From Eledone cirrhosa (taxonomy: Eukaryota): 64,000 bases of DNA. The stretch spans positions 97,588,001-97,652,000 of the forward strand of contig OZ024740.1 in the NCBI GenBank assembly GCA_964016885.1. The letters run 5' to 3'. Every line of letters begins with the position of its first letter. Position 1 is the stretch's first letter. Of this stretch, positions 1 through 17,270 are shown one piece after another. The notes under the pieces are model-generated. The model saw nothing but the letters and a program-made list of their open reading frames with translations, did no database searches and had not been told where the DNA came from. The position numbers were made by a program, and so were the translations under genes.

Positions 1-1699
1 GACATCGAGCACTACTCTTCTTATGTTTCAATTCTTATATTCCATGACATACAAATACATCATGTACACCACATTTACATATGTATACTTGTAACTCACA
101 CATAAAACAAATGTATTTACCATTGATTACTAAAATACTCAATGAGTGATGTGAAATGGGGTTTATATTTCACATCTGTTCTGGGCTTTTTATTATTTTT
201 TATGGGCTTGTAAATGATCAAAGACATTCCAGCTCTGCCAGACGTTTTTTCTTCATTTTTATAGCTACATACAATTACTTTATCCAGTTTATCCCATTTA
301 TCAATGCGAGAGGGTATGATTTGAAGAAGATGCTGCTACTACATCTTGCATTTTAGAAAGTAGTATAGTGTTGATTAACAGTGAAATATTCAATACTATG
401 CTCACTTTCATGACAATATAGATAGAGCTTTTGGATAAACAATGAAGATACATGGCGCTGTGATTTGAGTGTTGGGCTCATGATCATACTGTCATGAGTT
501 TGATTTTTTCACTATATTACGTTATGTTCTGAAGTAAAACATTTCATTTCTCTTTTCACCAGTTAACACAGCTTACAATGAGCACCAGCTATAGCTATTA
601 ACCCTGTGAAGGACTGATTTATTGATCGAGGGGTAAGTCTTGTGCTTTCATTTGCTTCATGTCAATGAAACCAGGATGAGGTTTGGGCAATTGAGTGTCT
701 AGACTTGTGATAAGTTTTCAATTAACTTTGGATTTGCTAATGAGAGAATCTCTATGTGGTCACTAGAACTACTCACTAATAATAGTATACCTGTAAAACA
801 TATTAGACAATGCAGTCATAGATATAAAAAAAAGGCTCAGATATTATTTGAAGGTTATGTGGATGTCATCTGAGATAACAATGTTTGATTAAAAGACTAA
901 ACAGTAGTGATGGAAACATCTTTGCTAGTAAATTCTGCAAATCCTTAGAGCAGGGGATACAATTATTCACATTATATTCAGCAACTGCGTATTTGAAGTT
1001 CAAATCAAATTAACCTTTGTCAATAATCTTTTGGGCATTGATAAAATATAAATACCAGTCCAAAGTGGAATTGTTATCATATCAAATGCGATACCATGTA
1101 GTATTTGTTCCAGCTCTATACAGTCTGAGTTCTTTGACATTAGGCTTACATTATCACTTAGGCTCACATTAGGCTCACATTACCAACTGCTCCGGGAGAG
1201 GGGGGGGGGGCTTATAATAGGGTAAACGTTATAGCATGTACTTGGATTATGTCTCCAGTTTGTGGATAACTTCCTGTGTTTATCACAAATAGTATATACA
1301 TACACATACACCCATAGCCATATACTCATATATATATATACACCGATATACATTTGTGAGTTTTATATTGAATAATAATAATTGATTCTACTTTAGGCAC
1401 AAGGTCAGCAATTACCTAGTGCATTACTGGTACTTTATTTTATCGACCCCGTAAGGATGAAAGGTAAAGTAATAATATTATATTAACATTATTAATATTC
1501 GATTTGTTTGCAAGCAAACAGCCTCACAATGCCATGTGTTTTAGACAACTGTTGTCATCCTTTTATTCTAGCGTTATAAGAGAGAAGCATTCGACAACTG
1601 TTTCAGGGTTATTGAAAAATGCTTCTCTCATATATATACTCCCACAGATACACACATATATGCATCCCTAGATATATACACACACATCAATATATTTAT

Positions 1700-2190
1700 G
1701 AAAGAGATACCAGATGAACCACTAGGTAGGATCATATATCTTATTAAAGAACAAATAAGGTGATGTGAACAATTAATTACTAATTCATTTCTAATATTCA
1801 AAGGATTTGGGAGCAGCATTGTAATTAAAAATGTATCCGAGAGACATAATTGGTAAGATTTCTTATTAGCGTTATACGGGATAGACTTATCTAATATTTC
1901 ACATTGAAGATTGTTGTTAGTTTTAGACTCAATTAGACTAGTCAGACACCTTGCAAAGTTTCTCATTTTTAAATGCGTAAGTGCGAACTATATCTGGTCT
2001 TAAATGGAATCACTTTAACTCCATTATACAAAGTAGTAGAGTGTTGTGTTCTTATAGTGCATTTGTATATTATTTATTTGTCTGAATCTCTTGAAGGGAG
2101 AATCTTTGGGAACACTACAATTACACTCCTAGTTAGAGAAATAATAAAACATACTTGCAAAACTTTTAATTCTATCTCTATTTGGGAGTG
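1700..2190 (-). mobile_element. Penelope-like element remnant (GIY-YIG endonuclease C-terminal region), degenerate
   Basis: The minus-strand ORF 1628..1966 reads EILDKSIPYNANKKSYQLCLSDTFLI...NPLNIRNELVINCSH, resembling the PLE GIY-YIG C-terminus (W.Il.ka.pY......C.LCl.Ek..I....lN.r.El...C.H). An upstream frame gives CNCS..KD. Frameshifted. Confidence 0.7.
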
Positions 2191-2374
2191 TATATATATG
2201 CATGTGTCTATGAGTCTATATGAGTATATATATATGAGAATGTGTCTCTCTATATACATATGTATGTAGCTATATATATATATACACATATATGGCTATA
2301 TAGATTTGATAGTGTGTACCAGTATATACATATTCTATTTATGTAAATCTATGTATTTATATTTAGTGATATGA

Positions 2375-2439
<65 letters not shown>

Positions 2440-2723
2440 CACAGTTCAAGAGTAAAAAATCTTAAAGAGAGAGATGGAGATAGGAGAGGAGAGATTTGTG
2501 AATTAGTTAGAAGCCAAAGCGTAAAGGCATGTGCTCAATGTGCAATATGCATTAGAAAGCAGCTAGGTGGGTGGGTTCATGCAGAAGTTAGGTGTGCAGA
2601 GCTGGAAATATTCATTAGTTAAGCAAAACAAGACCACAAATTTCACAAGGAAGACACTATTAAAAGATTGTCAACATATTTTAGTTTGATGTAAGGAATG
2701 TAGAGAATAATACTAATAATATT

Positions 2724-3042
2724 AATAATAATTGTTTCTACTTTTGGCACAAGGCCAGCAATTACCCAGTGTATTACTGGTACGTTATTTTATCGACCCC
2801 ATAAGGATGAAAGGCAAAGTTAACCTCGGCAGGATTTGAACTCAGAATAATATTAATAATAATTGTTTCTACTTTAGGCACAAGGCCAGCAATTACCCAG
2901 TGCATTACTGGTACTTTATTTTATCGACCCCGTAAGGATGAAAGGCAAAGTCAACCTCGGCGGGATTTGAACTCAGATCGTAAAGGGACGTAACTATGCT
3001 GGAAAGCATGGCGTCCGACCCTCTACCGATACTGCCAATCCA
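2724..3042 (-). mobile_element. tRNA-derived SINE family A: one partial copy (2724-2847) and one near-full copy (2856-3042)
   Basis: Reverse complement has A-box TGGCAGTATCGGT, B-box GAGTTCAAATCC, body TTGCCTTTCATCCTTACGGGGTCGATAAAATAAAGTACCAG (Meta-domain-like) and an (ATT)n tail. A further fragment lies at ~1372-1470. Confidence 0.85.
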
Positions 3043-5045
3043 TAATAATAATGTCCGTTTACAATTGTTTCGCTACTCCATATAATATTTCTGGATCAGA
3101 TGACTATATATCATTATTGATCTGTTCAGTTGAAAATAATTAACATATTTAAAAACAGAGCGTCTCATCGGAACTTCAAAGGAATATAAATTAAAATGAG
3201 AGAATGTTACATAATGTAGTGTTCCAAATATTGGTGTTTCACTATGGTGTCCTGTTTGTATCAGTTGTCAGCCATAATCAAGCAGTATTCATCTGTCGAG
3301 GCTGCATTGTGTGAGATCTGCCTATGGGTAACAAGATGGCCGCCAAAGGAATATTTACCTTACTAATTAGAGGGTGGGTCCAGGGGAAGTAACTCCTCAA
3401 GAGATTACAAATTGTGGGTAGTTTATAGTTAAGTGCTAATTTTTAAATTTTTTAATTGACAAACAATGTAGGGGAGGTAACTTATAATTATCTAAGTTAG
3501 TTATAGCTATTTAACTTATTAGCTACAAGTGAAAATTGGGCTAGATGACTATGTTGGGTCAAATATTCTATTGGCGAAGGAATTAGCCCTTCTATATATA
3601 TATATATATATATAAATTTTATAGATTTACATATACATAAACTAGTCAGAGCCATAGATATATATATGTGTGTGTTTGGCAACCATTCACGGTGTGGCTC
3701 AATGATGAATTAATTAATTAAATAATCAACAATCAGAGCAATATATAATAAAGTAAGTCCATAGAATCATTTGATAAAATATATACAGTATTTCTTCTCC
3801 CAATCACCATAATTAACCACACAAAAAATCAATTAAATGAGGCTATAAGTTTAAAATGTACCTATGAAGAAACAATAGATAAATAAATGATAGCTATTTT
3901 ATCTGCGATCAATAGCCACAGAACATTTACCCAGTATTTCTAATAGCCCGTAGAAATTGATTAGACATATCAATCACCATACACAATTAGGTACAAAATC
4001 AAAATATATATATATTTAACACTCGGGAAAGTAGCGTCATCAAAGTAATATAGTAAATATCTATTATTTTTCATATTATATTTTAGACACTCGCTATTCC
4101 AATGGATAGATTCAAGCGGCTCCCCATCCTGTCTAAGGTGGGAATTAAATTTTGGATCTAATTTGCTTTAATTTAATGATTTTTAATCATCCAAAGATGG
4201 AGAAGTACGTACAATATCATTGTGTATATAATGATCTTGATTCTACAAATTTTCACCTAACATTATTCAAATATTGTTCTGTACAATTCTCTTGAAACTT
4301 ATTCAAATAATTAAAATGATTTAAAAGCTAATATTCCCATCTATACTTGCAGTCAGAACTAACATTGTTCCAACAATATCATATAAAAATCCACAAACAT
4401 AGGTTTCTTTATAGTTTGAGAAAACACACAACTATCATAAATTCCTTCTGTAAAACAATGGGGCATGTATTAATACAAAATTGAAGATAGAAGATAAGGG
4501 TCCATGATTTACATATATATATTTATTACAGTAATTCAGGAAAATGCAAGTCAGATTATTGCATTCCCGATTATTGTTGTTTCCAATTTTAATTACATTG
4601 CTTTTCTCTACTTTAACTAAACTTTCTTCTCCGTCTTCTTAATAGTCCTTCTTCAGATGCAACCACTTCATCCCAATTGGTTTTTGTTTAAAAACTTTTT
4701 CTTGAATTAAATAACTATGGTTGTACTCAGATTTCACATTATATAAGAGGATGAGATATATTACTGATATTTAAGTACAAATTGTGGTGTCATATTCATT
4801 TTGAGGTCACATTGTACTTAAGTAAAGACACAACTTTCAGTTAGTTTAACTGTTGCCATAGAAGCATATTAACTACAGACAGGAACATCCCTACAATGAA
4901 GGTTGCATGATGCATCAGTTATATGAACATTGTTGTTATCTAGCCTAAAGTCGACACTCATAGACCTGACACATATTCAAATAAACAGAAACCATGATCA
5001 TTTTATATTTTATTCAGAAATACCACATCTTAGCCATTATTATTT

Positions 5046-5450
5046 AGGTGGATTGGCAGTATTGGTAGAAGGTCGGACGCCATGCATTCCAGCATAGTTA
5101 CGTCCCTTTACGGTCTGAGTTCAAATCCCGCGGAGGTTTACTTTGCCTTTCATCCTTATGGGGTCAATAAAATAAAGTGCCAGTAATGCACTGGGTAATT
5201 GCTGGCCTTGTGCCTAAAGTAGAAACAATTATTTAGCCTGGGACAGGCAGTGGATTGGCAGTATCATTAGAGCATCAGATACTATGCTTTGCAGCTTCAT
5301 GATCTGAGTTCAAATCCCGCCAAGGTTAACTTTGCCTTTCATCCTTATGAGGTCGATAAAATAAAGCACCAGTAATGTACTGGGGTCGATTTAATCGACT
5401 TTCCCCTTCCCAAAATTATTGACCTTGTTCCTATACTAGAAATCATTATT
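5046..5450 (+). mobile_element. Two adjacent SINE family A copies (5046-5233, 5249-5450)
   Basis: GGATTGGCAGTAT...GAGTTCAAATCCCGC...CTTTCATCCTTATG occurs twice, each followed by an attatt tail. Confidence 0.85.
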
Positions 5451-7752
5451 TAGGCTTGGATTTGAGGGGGATTTAGCTTCTATTTCTAGATGGACAAGCA
5501 AGCATACAGATGTCCTATCTTTGGATTTACTATACTTTTGATTAAACAATAGATTCTACATTTTGATTAGTTTGCATGAGATTCCTCAACTACTATTCGA
5601 ATGATTAGCATAAATTAACTCATAGACATATTTCATTCTGTGGCCCACCTATTCACTGACTCTACTCTCTGCTTTTTCTACAAATACTAAAGAGGACTCT
5701 GCTCCACAAACTGGTTAGCCTTTCACCACCTTCAATTAGGCATTTTTGGCTAACTTTTCTCACATGATCTCCTCAACAATCTAGCCTTAAACATTCTACA
5801 CTCCCATTAATCACTATACTCAATACTTCTTCCACAGAAAAATTTCCCTCTGGAAGTGCCTCTATGACTGCCTATAAGTTCTGATATGCAAGGGTTTAAA
5901 CAGAATAACAACAGCATCTGTTTCCCTAGTTTTGAAGGGCCTGCAGATCTAACAAATGAATTTTAAAATGTTGTGGTATGATAAAAGTACAGGTGTTTTG
6001 AGCAATGTACTTGGCCACAGAGAGAACATTTTTCTCTCTTTGATATCTTGCTTAATAAAATAACCTCTGCCAACACAGGTCACTACTAGTTTCCTTGAAC
6101 TGCAATTCATTATTTAATGAGGCATACACTTTGCTATAAGACAATTTAGCTGTTGGATATGTTTACGTTTTCAATGCAATACTATTTTTAAAGCTCTACA
6201 TTTTACTATATTAGTGGTAAGATGAAGATAAATAAAATTGAAAATATGTATTTGTTTATTAGTTGTTATATATATTTCATAAATATTAGATTAATATTCT
6301 TATCAGTTTATATTCATAATGTATTTTTCTATGTGATTGCAATGATGATATAAGTAAACTTAAAAACGAAACCAACATTGAATACTATACTCACACACAT
6401 ATACACATGAAAAATTTTACTTATACATTTTTTTAAACAGATTATTAATATTATCGTAAACAGTCAAACTAAGGGCATATATTTAAAATAAAACACCATT
6501 GTTAGTCTCAGAAAAACCAATTTCTATAAATGTATAAACTGTGTTCAGTCATTGGAGTTTATATTAATTTGTGAGAGATTTGAATGACTACAAAGATCAA
6601 TATACCTGTGCTTTCATAGTTTACACTGGATAAGTCATATGCATGTTTGTAGGAAATTTCAGATTGCTGATTCTAAATAATGTAAAAATCATATTACTTT
6701 ACATTCTGAATATATAATTGCTGCTGTGGTCAAATTTGCCTACCATTCATATTTAGTTAGATCAGGTTTCCCCCATGCTATGCCTGCTGAGTCTCTCTTC
6801 CATACTTCTCCATTAATCATTCCTATATTCAGACCTTAGACATATTCTAGGCCAGTATTCTGCTTCAAGTTCTCAATATATGTGACATGATATTTGTCAT
6901 GACATCTGCACACTTCATCACTTTATGCCCCGGATATAACAAGACCAGCTTTGATCCTTTTCGTCAGGATGTCATGCACAATGTCCTGATAGATGGAATC
7001 AACACTCTCTTATCTTCATCCATACAGGCATTTGTCTGTCATGTGCAGTTGCTTCTTCACATCCTTGCATAGCATTCATAAAAGTCTATTTTGTTCATTG
7101 TTAGAGTGTTTATGTCTTATCTCATCTTTTTGTTTTAATTTTGACAGTTTTGACTTGCAACTTATTTGCAGTTATAGCATGCTATCCATGCCTGTGATTT
7201 CCTGATATTAATATCAGAATCACTGCTGTTCACACCAAACGCTTGTGTATGATATTTTCAAATGCCTTCAAGTTTGTGTAACTAGTTGTTCTTAGCTCAA
7301 ACTCAAAATTCTAGTTCAATGTCATGCAGTTAAGTTTCATAACATTTATGTAAATTGGGAGGAGGGTAACTTTGATTATTTAGTCCCCAGTAATGTTTGG
7401 GTACTTTATGAATCAACGTTGAAAGGTTAAAAAATAAAGTTGACCTCAACAGAATTTGAACTCAGAGTGTAAAGAAATAGAATATTGTATATGAAAATAA
7501 TGAATATTTCATAATAATTAATTGTTTCTTTAATGACATATATCTTAATGACATACAACCAATTCTATAGAATATATTCAACATTAGATTGACTTCCCAC
7601 ATGGTAAAACTTCCATTCTCTTCATTTTCTTCTTTGTTTCAACTCCATCCATTTTGTTTTTGTTTTTCCATTGTCAAATTTGTTTTCTTTATGTTTTTGT
7701 TTGATTGCCTTTTTTTGTATATAAACAGGTTTTTCAGGTTTATATAGTTATA

Positions 7753-7818
<66 letters not shown>

Positions 7819-8531
7819 CGTGTGTGTGTGTATATGTATTTGTCTCTTCTCATTGAATCAATGCTCATCGATATGATGCTGTATGTCCATGGTTCTCATC
7901 AGAAGAACAATGACATCAATAGTTCCCGAATCCTTGTCCAACAATTTCATGGAAGCTGGTTATCAAACCACAACCTTCAATATAAGGATAAAGCCAGTGA
8001 TCACAAAATTGGTTATCACAAAAGTAACTAAGATGTCCCATTTACACTGGTTTTAAAATCACAATGATCCTCATAGAGAGACAGCCAACCAAGGTAAAGA
8101 ACCTCTGTTTACTCATTTGGTTTTCTCACAATACTGGACTGTCATTCACACTTCTGAGATCTTCCACCCTTTGAGAGGTTTTGTTTTTTCTTTCTACAGG
8201 TTGGAAAAAGCATCACCATACTCAGAAAGCAAGGTTTGTGGGGTTGCTGGTTTAATCTCATCTAACATGACTATGTGACAGGTTGTACCGTGTAACATGT
8301 TGTTACCAGTAGCAATCATGAAGGGCCTAGCTATATATATATATATATTCATCAAGTTTAATATAGATATGGCTTCTAAGGACTAGAACTGTTTCATTCA
8401 AATAAAAATATCAGGAAAGCAGGATGTCATTGTAAAATAGTTGTATTTAAGTTTTCTAGTGGTTGGAGATGGTGATGGATTTTAATAGAGGCTACCCCTG
8501 ATTAAAACAGGGACTCATATATATATATATA

Positions 8532-8821
8532 TCATCATCATCATCACATCATGTGTCCGCTTTTCCCTGCTTGCAAGGGTGGGACGGGAACTGATTCTGG
8601 CTTGATTTCTACAGCTGGATGCCCTTCCTAACACCAACATCATTTACAACGACCACCTTGCATGCAATCCCTATCATCTCATTTCTACAGCTGAGTAAAC
8701 TGGAGCAATGTGAAATAAAGTGTCTTGCTCAAGGACACAACACATTACCTGGTCTGAGAATTGAACTCACAACCTTTCGATTGCAAGGCCTATGCTCTAA
8801 CCACTAAGCCATGTGCCTCTC
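8532..8821 (-). mobile_element. tRNA-derived SINE family B (CORE-like body, RTE-type tail), internally deleted
   Basis: Matches the copies at 24899 and 37721: head GGCACATGGCTTAGTGGTTAGAGC, GAGTTCAATTC, CCTTGAGCAAGACACTT and (ATG)n tail. Confidence 0.85.
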
Positions 8822-8898
8822 TATATATATATATGCAAGCAGGGAAAAGCACACGTAAAATGGTGATGATCATCATATATATATACAAATACATATAT

Positions 8899-10680
<1,782 letters not shown>

Positions 10681-12169
10681 CCGGAGTGTAACATCAAGTT
10701 GAACTTATTATTAATACTTATATATTTATATGTATATGTTAATATTTATATAAATATATATATTTCTGTAGGTGACACAAAAAAAAGCCTCCAGTCCACA
10801 CTGTAAAGTGGTCATGTACATGTCATGATAAAAAGCACCCAGCATGTAATGTAAATGTGGTTGATGTTAGGAAGAGCATCTAGCCCTAGAAACCGAACCA
10901 AAACGAGCCCTGTATGAGCAAGACATGATCATCGGACCCGGCTTGTCTCACAATGGTGCACCTCGTTGTCTAAACCATGCTAGCATGGAAAAATTAATGT
11001 TAAATGATGATAATGGTGATGATATATTATATTAACAATCTAATTTACAAAGGTGGTGTGTATATGAACTCTTTCAAAATAAGTTAGCTTAAAGGTAATC
11101 GCTTCAAAGCAGATTTTTTTTTTTGCCTAGGAAAAATACTTTAGAATGTTAAGCATATCAAGCCCTAGAGACAATAAACAGTAGACAGCATTGCTTATGG
11201 GAATGAAACACACACCCGCAAAAGTGGCTATGCATTCAGTTACACCAAAAATACTGACAAATTTTCAAGTTATTTTAGGTCTTATCTATATATATCGATA
11301 CATACATATTATTTGAATGACTACAATCACATATATCACTATATTTATGTTCAGTTAAATTCTGTCTTGAGTCTAGGGTTTCATCAAGCTGGGGCGTATT
11401 CCAGTTTCATATGCAGTAAGCAACTTTGAATACAAGACTTCTATCTGAACAGAATGCCAATCCATCACAAGGTCAACACCAAGAAGTTGCTGGTTGTATT
11501 CATTTTCAGCTGAGTTTACTGAAGCAATGTGAAATGAAATGAATTTCTAAAGTACACAACATGCTACTAAGCTCATCATTGTAATGTGTGAAAGAAAGCC
11601 ATGACATTACAATGATGAGCTTAGGCTGGACACTTCAGTTATATTTATGTTCTAACATTAAGAAGAAAACAAAAAAACTCAAGATGAAACTCTTAAGAAG
11701 TAACACTATATTATCAATTATTTGCATTAGTGACTTTTATCTGAACCAAATCAGTGAAAAGCTTACTAACCACATGGTCAATGTTTCATAAACAAATTCC
11801 TTCCATTGTTCACCAAATCATTTCTCTCCTGCTCACCTTGCTTCTATGTTTATGTTTACTACTTCAATCCATTACATGTTCCCTCTACTAAATTATAGAA
11901 GTACACAATTGGATTTATATATAACTTAATTACAAACATGAGTGGTAAAATGATGCAAATTAAAACATCCATTTCATGATACTACTATAAATAGGAATTT
12001 ATATAAGTCTCTTGATTACATATTTCCTTATGGCTGTTTGATGATATACATGTCTTCTGATGAAAGCCCAACAAGGCATGAAAATGGTTAAAGGTATTTA
12101 TCATATCTTCCAATTTACAGAGAAAAACATACATTTCATATGTTTACATGTCTACATATATATATATAA

Positions 12170-13110
12170 GAAGCATACGACCCCAGGAAACAAGTGCTAC
12201 CAAATTCAGAGAGGGCTCTGTAGAAACAGTAGACAGCTTCTGCTACCTCGGTGATCAAATTAGCAGTGGACGTGGGTGTTCTGAAAGTACAGTAGCAAGA
12301 GTAAGAATGGGATGAAAGAATTTCAGGTAGCTACTACCACTGCTAGCTACAAAAGTTTTTTTCTTCAAAATGAAAAGCAGATTGTATGATGCATGCATAT
12401 GCAAAGCAATGTTGCATAGTAATGAGACCTGGGTGCTGTGTCCAGAAGAGTTGTGTAGATTGGAAGGAAATGGAGCTTGCATGCTTCGGTTGATGAGTAA
12501 TAGTATTATATGTGAATGGCAAACAATAAGTGAACTGACAGTGAAACTAGGCATAACATGAAACAAATGCTGTGTGCAGGAGAGTAAATTACGTTGGTAT
12601 AGACATGTGATGCATATGGAGGATGACAGCTGCATAAAAAGGTACAGAGCACTACAAGTCGATGAGGTGATAAAAACTTGCACAATTGCACCGCAATTGC
12701 ACCACAATAGCATTGCAGTAATAAAGAAGACCTGACTTACCAGAGGCACAGGCCAAAGCTGAAGCATACACACAGAATGCCCCTCCATGGCCACCCTCCA
12801 GCTGTAAAGTGTTTGGGTAGGTGTCATGACAAAATGCACCCAACCTACACTGTAAAGTGAATGTGTAGGTGTCACAACAAAAAAAACCCAGTCCACACTG
12901 TAGAGTGGTCATGTAGGTGACAAGACAAGAAGCACCCAGTACTCACTGTAAATGAGTTTGGCATTAGGAAGGGCATCCAGCTGTAGAAACCAAGCCCAAA
13001 TCAGTTCTGTATGAGCAAGACATGTCCACCTGACCTAACATTGCCCACAACAGGAGAACTCATCTAACCCATGCTAGCTTGGGAAAATTGATGTAAAACT
13101 GTGATGATAA
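12170..13110 (+). mobile_element. RTE LINE 3' fragment (second subfamily) with 3' UTR, degenerate
   Basis: MKSRLYDACICKAMLHSNETWVLC, followed by a 3' UTR with AGGAAGGGCATCCAG and a tail. Confidence 0.8.
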
Positions 13111-13133
13111 TGATTATACACATACAGATATGG

Positions 13134-13203
<70 letters not shown>

Positions 13204-13479
13204 CAAAAACCCCAACACCCACTGTTATATTTTTCCCACTCATACAGAATGTTCTCTGTGGAGTTTTTTTCGGGGCATATGCTTGCCGACCATTGAACTG
13301 AATAGCTCGTCTGGTGCCTGCATATGAAATGATATCTACTTCTCCTGTGGATTTTATCCGAAGAGAACATATTTTGACTTATGTTATGCATAAGCTATAC
13401 ATCTTCAAAATATGTATAATATAGGGATGGACTAAAGTAAGTGCCTGTTTCGTTTATTATTATTATTATTATTACTCTA

Positions 13480-13680
13480 AGGCGGTGGATTGGCAGTATC
13501 GGTAGAGGGTCGGACGCCATTCTTTGAAGCATAGAGTTACCTCCCTTTACGATCTGAGTTCAAATCCTGCCGAGGTTAACTTTGCCTTTCATCCTTATGG
13601 GCTCGATAAAATAAAGTACCAGTAATGCACTGGGTAATTGCTGGCCTGCTGCCAAAAGTAGAAACAATTATTATTATTAC
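13480..13680 (+). mobile_element. SINE family A copy
   Basis: GGCGGTGGATTGGCAGTATCGGTAGAG...GAGTTCAAATCC...(ATT)n. Confidence 0.9.
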
Positions 13681-14240
13681 TATTATTTATATATATATAT
13701 ATATTTACGAATGTTCAACTGAGATGCTGTTATTATTGACCAGATATTCGATGGCTCTTTTTTTTTCCCATCATACACAATAAATTCAGAACAACATATT
13801 TCTCATATCAGTATAACTTTGCTAGGGAGGAATGTTCATATTTAATATTTAAAAGAACTTTAGAAAGAAAAAAATGCTTTTCCTTTTGAGAGAATCAACA
13901 AATGAATCATTGGATGATGGTAAAGCTATATATATTGTTATAAACCTGAAAATACTTCAAATATTTTTTGCATTTATAGAAAGTTTATATTTGAGTTTTG
14001 CAGTAGAAACCATACATAATAAAGTAAAGAGTAAATAGAGTGGTTTACTTAGGAGATTAAAACTTTGCTCTTATTTCCAATTCTTAGCAGGATAGATCCA
14101 TTTATATGAAGTTGAATTTTACACTAGAGAAATTTGGTTTTGTTTCATTTTTCTGCTTCTCACTAGTTAAAGTTTTTAAATGCCTGTTGATCAAGATTTG
14201 TATACAGCATTGACAATATGTTACAGTGGCAATATTACAC

Positions 14241-14435
14241 TGTGGATTGGCAGTATCAGTTGAGTGTCAGACACCATGCTTTGCAGCACAGAGTTCAAAT
14301 CCCGCCGAGGTTAACTTTGCCTTTCATCCTTACGGGGTCGATAAAATAAAGCACCAGTAACTTACTGGGGTCGATTTAATCGACTTTCCCTTCCCCCAAA
14401 TTACTGGCCTGGTGCCTATACTAGAACTCAATATT
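14241..14435 (+). mobile_element. SINE family A copy
   Basis: Same A/B boxes and CTTTCATCCTTACGGGGTCGATAAAATAAAG body. Confidence 0.85.
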
Positions 14436-16009
14436 ACACTATTCAGTGTAGGTGTTCAAACAGAGATGCTATACAGTAAATAGGATTCTTTAGTCTTGCC
14501 GAGTACATGAAATCTTCTCTAGAACTGATGTCATGATAAAATGCATCCAATACTCACTGTGAAGTAGTTGCAATTAAGGAAGGCATCCAATTATAGATGT
14601 TATACCAATATAAGGAATATACAAGCAATCCATCTTGTCTTGGATTGTGCAGGCATGGAAAGTAAACATATGATGATGATGATCATCATAATCATGGTCT
14701 GTAAGTCATAGGCAGGTGGATTGATTTTATCAGAAGAATGACAAAAGTTACCATGCAGTAGATGTACACTACTGAATCTAGTACACTTGGTTCCAGACCC
14801 ATGTGAAATTCTACATTTTGCTGAAATAACAGAGGTCAACAAATAATATTCTTAGAAAATTACCAACACATTTTCACTACCAACCTTTGTATATTCAATA
14901 TAAACATATTTTGAAGTCAGAAACACACTTCTTACACTTCGTTGATATCAAATAGAAGTGGCTATTGTGATGATGTTATCTACTAGTAAGGAGTTGTTAC
15001 TAGTAAGGTGTTATTACATAAAGGGGGGCGATTTTAGATAGCCTAGTTAGTGATTAGTGGTGAAATCAGATGACAGATTCATGCTAGGAGGCATATCTTT
15101 CCAAAAAACTCATATGGGCAATCATCATGCTCCTTTGGCATATCTGACAAGTTTCAGCTCTCTAAGGTCATATTTTCACTACTTCATTCTATATCTTTCT
15201 AAGTCTACTTCTTTCTCAAATCCCATCCACTGCGATTTCTCTGCACTTCTTTATAAAACTGTAATCTTCCATATGCCTTACATGTCCATAACATCATAGT
15301 CATGTCGCTTTCACACTACAACCAATTACTATTATGTAGAGTTTTTGTCTCAGATTGCTTATGCATGCTAATTTAATAGAGTAAAGCCATTTGTTATAGC
15401 AGAGGTACAATGTCCCTGACATTCTTCCTGTCCATTCTAATTCTGGCTACCACCCTTTCAGAACATCCTCCCTAAATTATAACAAGTATAGCTAGTAACA
15501 AAAGCTGTCAACAACTTACACAAATTTAGTTATTAGGGTTAGTTCACTAGCAGAGAGGAGTTCCCATGGTGTGCCTAAGGTGTGCGACTCTCAAATTCCA
15601 TCGTTATAATATAAAGAACAACAGTAAACAGAAATGGACTGAGTTTTAGTGGACTCTCACCTGCACTACAAACTCATCACTTTAATCATTGCCATACACT
15701 CAGATGGACAGAGATCTGGGCATTCATTCAGCATGTGTTCTGCAGTCTGCTCTGGTGAGCCACACTGTCAAGCTGCTGATGAATGCAGCCCCCTGTGGAG
15801 TATGGCTGCATTGACTTGGCTGCTATTTGTTTGTAATCAATTCAGGAACACCCACCCTCTCTGAGAGAGGTTAGCACCTGATAGGAGAATTTTATTAGGG
15901 ATAATATTTAATTGGGTTGGTCAAAATGTCTGTTACTAGCTAGCTAACCATATCTGAAAAATGTTGACTTCTAAGTTTCACAGCTTTATTGTGTGACATG
16001 AGAAAGGGC

Positions 16010-17270
16010 AATGTGACATCAATTGGTGTTGGTGTAGTAACTAAGAATCCTGGTTGTGACTCTTTACATGGATTGCAGAGACCCCATAAATTTGTACAGT
16101 TCTCATGAGACACTCTTAAGAGATAACTGAGGAGATTAAGACGTGGGAGAGATTCAAATGACATCTAAATGTAATCTTATTGGATTATACATACTTCATA
16201 TGCTTAAATGTAGATTCCCCAATAAAGCTATTGACCTATATCTCAAAACCAGTCTTTCATTAGCCCACGATTGCAATGGACACTCCCATAAGGATTTAAA
16301 ATACACCATTAGCAACCTTGGATTTAAGATCAGAGTAGAAACAAACTTCTCTAGGGCAAACTTTCTTGGTGTTAACTTAGACCTATTTACAGGAGCACAT
16401 AACCTGCCACCCACTTACAGTTTTAATAATCTAGCACCTAATATTAGCTGTAGAATCTTGAGCTTATCATCCATTAGTGAGATGTTTGAGAAGGCATTCA
16501 TACTACAATAAGGTCCTCTGAGATAGGGGGTTCATAGAAGAGATCAAGTGCATATCAATTAGATTTCAGTATAAAAACAGAAATAGAAAAGAGAAAATAA
16601 TCTGGTCCCCCTACTCCAATTCACATAACAAATATAGGTAAGGGATTCTTCCTCCTAATTGATTAACACTTTTCCCCTTCAAAATAGGTACAGTAAGATA
16701 TCCACTTTTCCCCTTCAAAATAGGTACAGTAAGATATACTGCTGCTCAGTAAGTGTATCTTATTCTTCCCAACCATCTATGAAATCCAAAATGATTGCAA
16801 AGAACAAACCAGATGTAACTTTAGGATGGTCTTGTGAGATAAAAGATGACGTGCATTACAACAAAATTGTAAAGTAAAGTCCATCTTTGAGACAATTGTT
16901 AAATATACCAACACTAATGAGCCAGAAACCAGTGAAAAACAAGTGGGCATTTTGCAGGACCAATTTAAACAAAGGTTCTACTCACACCTCTCCTTATTCA
17001 GTCATCCCAATCTGAAAACCAACACTTTGCTGGCAAAAAGAGCCTGGAAGTTAAAAGAAAATGTTGTACAGCATGAAATAACATGGCAGGAGTTTAACAG
17101 CCTATGCCATATATCAATGGATCTAAGAATTGCCCACTATGCCTAATTAATTACATAGAATTTTTCAAGGATATAAATTCACCAAACAGGTATCTAAATT
17201 GTAAGGATGAGCATTTTAGACACATTTTCCATATCAAAAGCCAAATCCTTTTCAGCCTGAAATACCCACA
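16010..17270 (+). mobile_element. Penelope-like element remnant (RT C-terminus + GIY-YIG), degenerate
   Basis: ORF fragments LGFKIRVETNFSRANFLGVNLDL (RT), FKQRFYSHLSLF...TLLAKRAWKLKE and PYINGSKNCPLCL (GIY-YIG). A ~35-bp internal tandem duplication lies at ~16668-16737. Confidence 0.85.

Noticed and set aside
3333-3344. YY1-like AAGATGGCCGCC (a similar 10-mer lies at ~35576)
   Set aside because: Isolated short motif with no promoter context, probably inside decayed repeat sequence.
8200-8233. Possible 34-nt exon (TTTCTACAG|...CAAG|GTTTGT)
   Set aside because: Not frame-preserving, has a weak donor, and sits among repeat-like sequence, with no independent support.
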